Below are positions 8,196-15,316 of a DNA stretch of 15,316 nucleotides, piece by piece. A model generated the notes under the pieces. The model saw nothing but the letters and a program-made list of their open reading frames with translations, searched no databases and had not been told where the DNA came from. Source of the stretch: Pseudobacteriovorax sp. (GTDB taxonomy: Bacteria > Bdellovibrionota_B > Oligoflexia > Oligoflexales > Oligoflexaceae); NCBI GenBank assembly GCA_050293845.1, contig JBNKNM010000125.1:1-15316 (forward strand), in the 5' to 3' direction. The position numbers and the translations under genes are program-made. Positions within the stretch are counted from its first letter, which is position 1. Each line of letters starts with the position of its first letter.

Positions 8196-9298
8196 AGGCT
8201 CATCCCCACAGATTTTCTTTCTTTCCTCATACCAGCAGCCCACCATATGGCACAAGCGCCTTCATCTGATACCATACAGGGTCCTATTGGACTTTGTGGT
8301 GTACAATTTTTCCCATAAAGAGCGCATTCCAAGGGCTTTTTTAAACCAAGTACAACCTTGCTGCATGAGCAGCCGCGGGGCATCTGACCCTTATACCGTC
8401 GCTTGGGATCAGCTAAGTCTTGAAACTTTGTGCGAGCATCTAATGCCTTATAAGAACCCCTTAGTTGGTAACCGGAATGGTCGATGGCCCCGATTCCACG
8501 CCAATTTGATTCTGTAATCTCAAAAACTTCAGATAAAAGATTTTGAGCTGCCATAGAACCTTTCGGTGAAACAACGGTGGGATAGCAGTTGCTTAATTTT
8601 ACTTCGTGGGAGAGTGTTTGATGAGCAAGATCTCCCAGAGCAAAAATAAGCTCTTCTGGTTGAAAACCTGATATCGCTGTAGGCAGCCCATAGTTTTCGG
8701 GAACAAAACTCCATTCCTCAGCTCCCATTATGGTTGCGACATGCCCCGGAGCAATGAGAGCATCAAAACCTATGGGGCCCGTTTTTAACAGACTATCCAC
8801 AATGGGCCATGTTCGGCGCCCGGATAAGAGAATGCTAAGATTGTGCGGGATACCTTCTTTTATGCAAGCCGCCACAGGAGCCATAGTGGTTTCAAATCCT
8901 GCAGCAAAGAAGACTATATCCTTATGGGGGTTATCGCGGGCTAGTCGTACTACTTCCTGTGGGGAAGCTATGGGGACTACCCCAGCTCCCGCTGCCCGCG
9001 CTTCCGTCAGAGAGCGTATTTTTGTTGTATTTGCCGGAACTCTTAGCATATCACCAAAAGCGGCGACGATAACATTTTTTTGGAGTGCTATTTGGATGGC
9101 TAAGAAGATATCTTCTTCGGGGCAGACACAGACAGGGCAACCAGGTCCAGGGATGAGGTCAATCTTGTCTTCTAATACTGTCCTCAGCCCACCATGTGAA
9201 ATAGTCCTTTCATGGCCTCCGCAAACATTTAGAACCCGCAATGGTTTTGTAAAAGGTAACTCCCTTAATTTTTGCAGAACGTGTTGAACGGTGCTCAT
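8192..9298 (-). CDS. hypD: Hydrogenase maturation scaffold HypD
   Basis: VCGGHE, GPGCPVC, GFETT, PGHV and the C-terminal Fe-S region CSC..C....CTP..PIGPCMVSDEGAC. ATGA overlap with the hypB stop. Confidence 0.97.
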   Translation of the reverse strand: MSTVQHVLQKLRELPFTKPLRVLNVCGGHERTISHGGLRTVLEDKIDLIPGPGCPVCVCPEEDIFLAIQIALQKNVIVAAFGDMLRVPANTTKIRSLTEARAAGAGVVPIASPQEVVRLARDNPHKDIVFFAAGFETTMAPVAACIKEGIPHNLSILLSGRRTWPIVDSLLKTGPIGFDALIAPGHVATIMGAEEWSFVPENYGLPTAISGFQPEELIFALGDLAHQTLSHEVKLSNCYPTVVSPKGSMAAQNLLSEVFEITESNWRGIGAIDHSGYQLRGSYKALDARTKFQDLADPKRRYKGQMPRGCSCSKVVLGLKKPLECALYGKNCTPQSPIGPCMVSDEGACAIWWAAGMRKERKSVGMSL

Positions 9299-9747
9299 AA
9301 ATGAACCTTTAGTTTATGTTTCCTATTACCGTCGAGCTTCTCTCGAATCCAACGGAGCCAGGAATCGATACCAGGATGCGATCGTACACTAATCTCGCTA
9401 ATGGGGGCTGTAGTTCCTGTTGTTATTTGTACAGTGGGAACACCTTTGGCTCGCATTCTGTCGGCATCATTTTCTGTTTCTAAATCACCTTCGATGACTG
9501 CCATGCGCACTTCATCGCGCAGAGCTTCTATCGTCGCTTCGAGAAGGCTGGTTTTACCTGAGCCTGGCGACGACATGAGATTCATGGCTAAAACGTGGTG
9601 GCGGTCAAAATGCTCTCGATTGTGCAGCGCTTCATGGTCATTGGCACGTAATAGTCGTGTGGCTAGCTCTGTAACCTGGATTTTAGCTGTGCCACTAGAA
9701 ACAATCAAGTCCTTGCTATTTAATGAGCATCCACAATGGTCACACAT
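9295..9747 (-). pseudogene. hypB: HypB nickel-insertion GTPase with an in-frame internal deletion (150 aa)
   Basis: Starts MCDHCGC after a GGAG RBS. Keeps the P-loop SSPGSGKT and VIEGDLETENDA, then jumps from QITTGT to TAPISEIS...W. The CHLDA metal site, ENVGNLVCP and the NK/TKxD motif are absent. Confidence 0.92.
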
Positions 9748-10092
9748 CGTCACTCTCCATTTCCACCCGCTGCAACACCAGTTCATCGCCACTGACTACG
9801 GATGTTTTCCAATCGTGCAATGCAGGCAGGTTAAATTCTGCGCAGGAACTTCAGATTCCTTGCCACAGACAGAGCATCTTACTCTGATGGGGATTTCTTG
9901 TAAAATCATCTCTGCCTTGTGAGCCAAAGTTCCGTAACGGTCCAGGGTAAATACTCGTTGAAGTAAATCAAATTCCACCCCAGACAAAGACCCAACACTT
10001 ACAGTAATTCTTGTTACATGATGGGCGCGCTGAGATAAGGCTAACTCTTCAACTTGATTTAATTATGATTGGCAAACGGTAAGTTCATGCAT
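9740..10092 (-). pseudogene. hypA: HypA nickel chaperone with a nonsense codon and a 1-nt deletion
   Basis: MHELTVCQS*LNQVEELA...GSLSGVE...CSVC...CLHC, then shifts frame to DWKTSVVSGDELVLQRVEMESDDV*. TAA at 10063-10065; frameshift near 9815-9817; span 353 nt, one short of a multiple of three. Confidence 0.93.
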
Positions 10093-10099
10093 GGCTGAT

Positions 10100-10342
10100 T
10101 CACCTCTGATGTAGTTGAGCATCCAGCTCTAGCATTTCATCTAACATTTCCCATCGCAGCACGGCTTCATCCTGATCTACTTTCTGAATGGCATACCCGA
10201 CGTGGACTAATACAAAGTCTCCTGCTGCAATCGTTTCATCTTGTAGCATAAACAAGCTGACTTCTCGCTGAATACCCTTGATCTCGCAAGTGGCCGCAAA
10301 ACCATCGACCACTTTAACTTCCATTGGGATTGCTAAACACAT
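10100..10342 (-). CDS. hypC: HypC/HupF family hydrogenase chaperone
   Basis: N-terminal MCLAIP and GDFVLVHVGYAI motifs; 80 aa. Confidence 0.96.
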   Translation of the reverse strand: MCLAIPMEVKVVDGFAATCEIKGIQREVSLFMLQDETIAAGDFVLVHVGYAIQKVDQDEAVLRWEMLDEMLELDAQLHQR

Positions 10343-10345
10343 CGT

Positions 10346-11281
10346 TTATCGTACCTTTATCTTTGTCAATTCTTTACCGTCTGGATCGTGAACATGGACA
10401 GCACAGGCAATACAAGGGTCGAAGCTATGAACGGTGCGTTGGATTTCTAAGGGCTGCTTGGCGTCATAAAGTGTATGGTTATCCATCAACGCCGCTTCGT
10501 AGGGGCCGATCCCTTGCTGGGCATCACGAGGGCCGGCATTCCAAGTACTGGGAACGACCGCTACATAATTTCGTATTTTACGACCGCGAATGTCTACCCA
10601 ATGGCCCAAAGCTCCCCGGGGAACCTCCATAAATCCCACACCACGGCAGCGAGAAGACCAAGTTGATGGTTTCCACTTTTCAGGATTATGAACAGTGAGG
10701 TCGCCATTTTTTATATTGCTTATCAGCTGATTGTACCAATGGTCCATTTGGTCAATAAAAAGTCGCGACTCTAAAGCCCTAGCTGCGGTGCGACCCAGTG
10801 TGGAAAACAGAGCTTCCGTAGGCAAGTCCAAATGGGTTAAGGTTTTATTTACTAGTTCCTTAGTCGGCTCGTGGTCCTTAGCAAGCAGTACGGCCACCCG
10901 TGCCAGAGGTCCCACTTCTACCGGAGACTTTAGCCAAGAATAGCTCTGATTGGTATCCAATTGCTCGTAGGGAGGTTTCGGCCCAGTATAGTTTAACTTG
11001 GTTTCACCGTCATACGGATGAAGGCCTTTAGCTTTGCCCTCTTCGTAGTCATACCATGAATGGGTCACAAATTCTTGAACCTGCTTAGGATCGTTAAAAT
11101 CGACAGGTTCAACTTTGGATAAATCGCGATCTAAAACGACTCCAGGTGGGATATAGGCTTGATCAACAAAATTTTTCATGCTTTCGATTACCTGATGCAC
11201 TGTCTGCAAACTCACAATATTCACCGCAGTTCCTGCCGTTCCTCCATTTGATCCGGGGGGATCGGCGCTGATGGGTGATGC
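10346..11281 (-). pseudogene. Group 1 [NiFe]-hydrogenase large subunit, C-terminal remnant with internal deletions
   Basis: Retains HSWY, YSWLKSP, EVGPLAR, STLGRTAAR, PRGALGHW, VVPSTWN and L2 motif SFDPCIACAVH with a 15-aa cleavable tail. Homology extends upstream of GTG 11224 through ASPISADPPGSNGGTAGTAVN to about 11281, then an in-frame TAG follows. No L1 (RxCGxC) motif. Confidence 0.92.
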
Positions 11282-11410
11282 TAAATGACTATATTGAGAA
11301 AACTATAACTTTGGGATTCCGTTATCGTTGCACTGCCAGCAAGGCCATGGCCTGGAAACTCGATAATATTACCGTTTTCGCAAAGTAACCACACCAGACT
11401 TGCTCTCCTG

Positions 11411-11433
11411 AGCAGCTGGTCTAGCCAGCTGCT
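11411..11433 (-). terminator. Hairpin just downstream of the ACP gene (possible terminator or mRNA-stabilising stem)
   Basis: Perfect 9-bp stem AGCAGCTGG-N5-CCAGCTGCT, 16 nt after the ACP stop, extendable by TCCT/AGGA pairing. No U-tract. Confidence 0.4.
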
Positions 11434-11449
11434 ACTAGGATTGCAAAAG

Positions 11450-11695
11450 TCACTGCAGATACTTCTGCATGCACTTGACACCTGCATCAATTGTCAAAAA
11501 ATTCTTGTAATCATTGTTTGATATTTCAATTTTAAATTTTTCCTGGACTTTGATGATATAGTTCATAATATCCACCGAGTCCAAATCCAATTGCTCCTGT
11601 AAATTTTCCGTATCCACTAAAGGTTCATCCTGTGCCTCAGGTGCAATAAGGGTTAAGGCTGATACCAGTTGTTCTTTAATCTCGTTCGCTTCCAT
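11450..11695 (-). CDS. Standalone acyl carrier protein
   Basis: 81 aa, acidic, LQEQLDLDSVDIM with the phosphopantetheine-attachment Ser (DS), followed by EKFKIEI...TI. RBS AAGGAAGG 5 nt upstream. Confidence 0.9.
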   Translation of the reverse strand: MEANEIKEQLVSALTLIAPEAQDEPLVDTENLQEQLDLDSVDIMNYIIKVQEKFKIEISNNDYKNFLTIDAGVKCMQKYLQ

Positions 11696-11707
11696 GTTTA
11701 CCTTCCT

Positions 11708-12946
11708 TTACAGTCCCATTCCCAAGGATGTGGGATCAGCTAGATGTTTTTTAATATGATTCAGAAATAGACCACCACGGTGACCATCGCTAGCCCTATG
11801 ATCCGCTGATAATGTGACTGTGACAATTGGTTTAACTCCCACCATACCATCCGCAGCCCAAGGCTTGGGTGTTACAGTACCGAAACCGACAATGGCGACT
11901 TGGGGGGGGTATATCACTCCGAAAACAGTTTCAACTCCTTGATCCCCTAGGCTAGTTATGGTTATGGTCGGATCGGATATTTCAGATCCGCGTAACTTCC
12001 CAGACCGCGCCCGACTCACAAGATCCAGAAGATCAGCCATGATCGTATCTACCGATTTAGTATTAACATCATGAATCGCCGGTGCCACCAAACCTCCTTG
12101 CCTTAAGGAGATACCCATTCCTGTATGGACTGAGGATGCCGCGTGAAATTCACCCTCAATCCAGAAGCCATTCATTTCAGGAACCTTCATGCAGGCTAAG
12201 GCTACTGCCTTCGCATAGAGGGCAGCAGGCAATACCCGCTTGGTAATGGGTTTCTCGGTATTGAGCTTGTCAAGAGCCGCAAGACAGGTTTCCATATTAA
12301 CTTCAGTTTGTAGATAATAATGGGGAATTTCCCGTTTCGAGCGACTCATACTACTAGCTATTGCAGCCCTCATAGCCGAAGTTTTTTCGTGCTTAGCGGC
12401 TACATGATGGGGCACTGTCTTGCTTGGAGCCTGGTCATAATAGTCTTCAACATCTTTACGAGTAATGGTGCCATGGGGACCGCTACCATGGATAAGAGCT
12501 AAATCAATATTTTTGGCAGCAGCCATTTTTCGCGCCAGCGGTGAGGCCCTCAGCCTCCGGGAGCGGGGAGGACCTATATTGAGAATTTTGGGTGCGCTCA
12601 CATCACGATCATTTAACGCAACACTTTTAGCAATATCATGGAGAGTTCTTGAAGACAGCTCTTCCCGTGAAGGAGAGGCTTCTGACAGCGCTGGTTCTGG
12701 AGCAGAAGATTCTCCATCGATTAGGGCCAGCACGGTGCCCACAGGGACTTCTCTATCGACCCCAACAAGGGCCTCGCGAAACGTACCTGTATGCCAAACC
12801 TCGACTTCAATAATTCCTTTTTGGGTTTCCACCTCTGCTATGATATCACCACGATTGACATGATCACCTGGTTTGACATGCCAAGCTACTATCTTGCCAC
12901 TTTCCATATCTGCACCCAGGGATGGCATTTTGAATTCTTCAACCAT
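11708..12946 (-). CDS. pdhC: 2-oxoacid dehydrogenase E2 (dihydrolipoamide acyltransferase), single lipoyl domain
   Basis: Lipoyl domain [11 protein letters not shown]...[11 protein letters not shown]; subunit-binding domain ASPLARKMA...[13 protein letters not shown]; catalytic DHRASDG. Confidence 0.93.
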   Translation of the reverse strand: MVEEFKMPSLGADMESGKIVAWHVKPGDHVNRGDIIAEVETQKGIIEVEVWHTGTFREALVGVDREVPVGTVLALIDGESSAPEPALSEASPSREELSSRTLHDIAKSVALNDRDVSAPKILNIGPPRSRRLRASPLARKMAAAKNIDLALIHGSGPHGTITRKDVEDYYDQAPSKTVPHHVAAKHEKTSAMRAAIASSMSRSKREIPHYYLQTEVNMETCLAALDKLNTEKPITKRVLPAALYAKAVALACMKVPEMNGFWIEGEFHAASSVHTGMGISLRQGGLVAPAIHDVNTKSVDTIMADLLDLVSRARSGKLRGSEISDPTITITSLGDQGVETVFGVIYPPQVAIVGFGTVTPKPWAADGMVGVKPIVTVTLSADHRASDGHRGGLFLNHIKKHLADPTSLGMGL

Positions 12947-13928
12947 TGTTTTGTACCACCTCTTTAGCCATCTTTACGATACTATCCACCTGTGGAATAG
13001 CTGCCGTTTCTAAGTGTTTGGCATAGGGTATAGGAATTTCTTCACTGCATAGCCTAGCTACCGGCGCATCTAGCTCATAAAAAGCTTTCTCCATAATGCG
13101 CATGCCAAGTTCTGCGGAAAGACTTCCTGATTTCCAGCCTTCATCTACAATGAGGACATGGTTGGTTTTCTTTACAGCATTGACAATAGTTTCTTCGTCC
13201 AAGGGGCGCAATACGCGCAAGTCCACCACCTCGGCTGAGATACCTTCTTCACCCAAAATATTTGCCGCCTCCATCACTTTTGGTAACGATCCGCCATAGG
13301 TTAGAATAGTGAGATCACGTCCTTGCTTGTGGATCTGCGCTTTAGCGATATTAAAATCTTCCAGTACATCGGTATCCAAGGTACCCTTCATGTTATAGAG
13401 CATCGCATGTTCAAAAATAAGAACAGGATCGCGCTCTTTGAGGGCGGCAAGGAGCATTCCATAAGCGTCATTGATAGTTGCTGGTGTGAGAATTTTTATA
13501 CCTGGTATATGGGCGTACCAGCCCTCCCAACTGTGAGAATGTTGTGCTGCCAGCTGTTTACCAGCACCAGTAGACATACGGATCACAATGGGGACATTGA
13601 ATTGGCCACCTGACATATGACATAAGGTTGCTGCGTTATTGATGATCTGATCCAAGGCTAAGAGGCTAAAGTTTACCGTCATCACCTCTACAATGGGCTT
13701 CATGCCTCCTAGAGCGGCTCCAATACCTGCGCCCACAAAACCAGATTCTGACAAGGGAGTATCGCGCACTCTTTCGGGGCCATATTTTTTAAACAAGCCG
13801 TGAGTTACGGCATAGCTGCCACCATAGCCACCAACATCTTCCCCCATAATAAAGACCCGTTCGTCTTCCCCAAGGGCTCGGTCAATAGCTCTTTTTAATG
13901 CCTCTCGGTATGTGATTTCTTCAGACAT
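12939..13928 (-). CDS. pdhB: Pyruvate dehydrogenase-like E1 beta subunit
   Basis: [51 protein letters not shown]. Confidence 0.95.
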   Translation of the reverse strand: MSEEITYREALKRAIDRALGEDERVFIMGEDVGGYGGSYAVTHGLFKKYGPERVRDTPLSESGFVGAGIGAALGGMKPIVEVMTVNFSLLALDQIINNAATLCHMSGGQFNVPIVIRMSTGAGKQLAAQHSHSWEGWYAHIPGIKILTPATINDAYGMLLAALKERDPVLIFEHAMLYNMKGTLDTDVLEDFNIAKAQIHKQGRDLTILTYGGSLPKVMEAANILGEEGISAEVVDLRVLRPLDEETIVNAVKKTNHVLIVDEGWKSGSLSAELGMRIMEKAFYELDAPVARLCSEEIPIPYAKHLETAAIPQVDSIVKMAKEVVQNNG

Positions 13929-13930
13929 AA

Positions 13931-14896
13931 TTAACCCTCTTCCGCATAAACAAAACGGTGCAAGTCTTTAATTTCCTCTAAAGCAGCCTGTTGCGCGAAC
14001 TGAATGGCATCGGCTATTTCTGCAGCAACGTCATTTTTTATTCCTGTAAGGTCAGTCTCAGTAAGAAGATCAAGCTCCTTCAATTTATTTGAGAACAGAA
14101 GGATAGGGTCTTGCTTTTTCCACTCCTCAACTTCTGCTTTTTCCCGATAAAGCTCTGGATCGAACATGGAGTGAGCCCGGAAGCGATAGGTTTTACACTC
14201 GAGAAAGTAAGGCCCTCCTTCAGATTTAATTGTCGCAATAGCTTGACCCACAGCCTTCTTAACAGCAAGAAGGTCCATGCCATCAACGCTACTCGCAGGC
14301 AAATGGTATGACTCAGCTTTTTTTACTAAATTAATTTCTGACTCGGAACGCGCCAATGCCGTACCCATTGCATAGAGGTTGTTCTCACAAATAAATAATG
14401 CCGGAACCTTCCATAACGATGCTATGTTCATGGCTTCGTGAAATTCCCCTTCAGCCATGGCTCCTTCGCCAAAAAAGCAAACGGCTACTTGATCAAGTTT
14501 TTGCATCTTAAAGGACAGTGCCATGCCCGCCGCTACAGGGAGAGCTCCGGCCACTATAGCATTACCACCAATGAACTTGGTGTTCTTATCAAATAGATGC
14601 ATTGAACCACCACGACCGCGGCTGCAACCCTCCACCTTGCCAAACATTTCAGACATGATGGAACGGGCAGAGATGCCACGAATTAATGCATGACCATGCT
14701 CCCGGTAGGTCGCAAAAATAGCATCATCAGGAGTCAAGGATTCAATAGCTCCTACAGCTATAGCTTCTTCCCCAATATAAAGGTGAAGAAACCCTCTAAT
14801 ATTTCCAGCGGAATACTGCTCGGCACAAGCTTCCTCAAACATCCTAATGCGAAGCATTTGCTTTAAGAGGTGATGACCCTCATGGCGATCAATCAT
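13931..14896 (-). CDS. pdhA: Pyruvate dehydrogenase-like E1 alpha subunit
   Basis: [27 protein letters not shown], ThDP motif GEGA...[15 protein letters not shown]. Start overlaps the acs stop. Confidence 0.95.
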   Translation of the reverse strand: MIDRHEGHHLLKQMLRIRMFEEACAEQYSAGNIRGFLHLYIGEEAIAVGAIESLTPDDAIFATYREHGHALIRGISARSIMSEMFGKVEGCSRGRGGSMHLFDKNTKFIGGNAIVAGALPVAAGMALSFKMQKLDQVAVCFFGEGAMAEGEFHEAMNIASLWKVPALFICENNLYAMGTALARSESEINLVKKAESYHLPASSVDGMDLLAVKKAVGQAIATIKSEGGPYFLECKTYRFRAHSMFDPELYREKAEVEEWKKQDPILLFSNKLKELDLLTETDLTGIKNDVAAEIADAIQFAQQAALEEIKDLHRFVYAEEG

Positions 14897-15316
14897 GGTT
14901 TGTTCCCCCCGTTGTCGTAGGATCTTGCTCTAGGGTAGAGGTATCCCCTTCAGGCAAGCCCATCTCTCGCGCTTTTAGTAGACGCCGCATGATTTTACCA
15001 CTGCGCGTCTTTGGTAAACTTTCTTTAATCTCAATCTCTCGCGGTGCTACCGCTGGTCCAAGTTTTTTACGAGCAAATCCCATAATATCGCGGTGCACCT
15101 CTTCAGAAGCTGTGTAGCCCCTATTGAGGGTTACAAAAGCTTTTACCATCTCCATCAATACAGGATCAGGTTTTCCTATGACCGCCGCTTCCGCAACGGC
15201 AGGATGTTCTATTAAAGTGCTTTCAACCTCAAAGGGACCAATAAGGTGTCCTGCAGATTTAATGACATCATCGGCGCGGCCAATAAACCAAAAATAACCA
15301 TCACTGTCTCTTTTGG
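14889..15316 (-). CDS. acsA: Acetyl-CoA synthetase / acetate-CoA ligase, 3' portion (partial at the right edge)
   Basis: Frame is open to the window edge: [48 protein letters not shown]...[15 protein letters not shown]...GDTSTL. Confidence 0.93.
   Translation of the reverse strand, partial: KRDSDGYFWFIGRADDVIKSAGHLIGPFEVESTLIEHPAVAEAAVIGKPDPVLMEMVKAFVTLNRGYTASEEVHRDIMGFARKKLGPAVAPREIEIKESLPKTRSGKIMRRLLKAREMGLPEGDTSTLEQDPTTTGGTNHD

Noticed and set aside
8196..8255. N-terminal extension of HypF (MCHMVGCWYEE...)
   Set aside because: It overlaps the conserved HypD C-terminus; TTG at 8195 overlapping the hypD stop is the more plausible start.
9748..9792. N-terminal extension of HypB (MAMNWCCSGWKWRVT)
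   Set aside because: This is out-of-frame hypA 3' sequence. The RBS and CxxCGC motif place the start at 9747.
8730..9922. Long plus-strand ORFs (185 aa and 173 aa), and similar ones opposite the lipoprotein, hypE and pdh genes
   Set aside because: They lie antisense to well-supported genes and show no recognisable motifs.
428..10065. Stop-codon reassignment or readthrough as the explanation for in-frame TAG/TAA in the IS, cupin and hypA
   Set aside because: TAA, TAG and TGA all end intact genes here at the expected positions (pdhA TAA, hypE TAG after PRIC, hypD TGA), and hypA also has a frameshift.
10394..10426. [NiFeSe] hydrogenase with selenocysteine in the L2 motif
   Set aside because: The motif is DPCIAC with ordinary Cys codons and no in-frame TGA.
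11281..11490. 69-aa minus-strand ORF between ACP and the hydrogenase remnant
   Set aside because: It overlaps the ACP 3' end, runs through the hairpin and palindromes, and shows no protein motif or small-subunit/Tat signature.
1..15316. CRISPR arrays, tRNA or rRNA genes, riboswitches
   Set aside because: No regularly spaced repeats or recognisable structured-RNA signatures were seen, and intergenic gaps are short. An Infernal/Rfam scan would be needed to exclude small RNAs.

Overview
Bacterial window in which every supported gene lies on the minus strand. In transcription order (right to left): a tightly coupled five-gene module of acetyl-CoA synthetase (3' part only), PDH-like E1-alpha, E1-beta and E2, and a standalone acyl carrier protein, with no E3 in view. 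Next is a partly decayed group 1 [NiFe]-hydrogenase locus: a C-terminal large-subunit remnant with two in-frame internal deletions, intact hypC, hypA with a nonsense codon and a frameshift, hypB with an in-frame internal deletion, and intact-looking hypD, hypF and hypE. Then come a cupin gene with a stop-interrupted N-terminal extension, a 1094-aa lipoprotein with Ig-like and beta-propeller repeats behind a near-consensus sigma70 promoter, and an IS6-family remnant at the left edge. The two strongest leads are the functionally unexplained Acs-E1-E2-ACP module beside a hyp operon, and the asymmetric decay in which the nickel-handling genes are broken while the Fe(CN)2CO-building genes hypCDEF stay open. 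All family calls come from motif recognition by eye; no searches were run.
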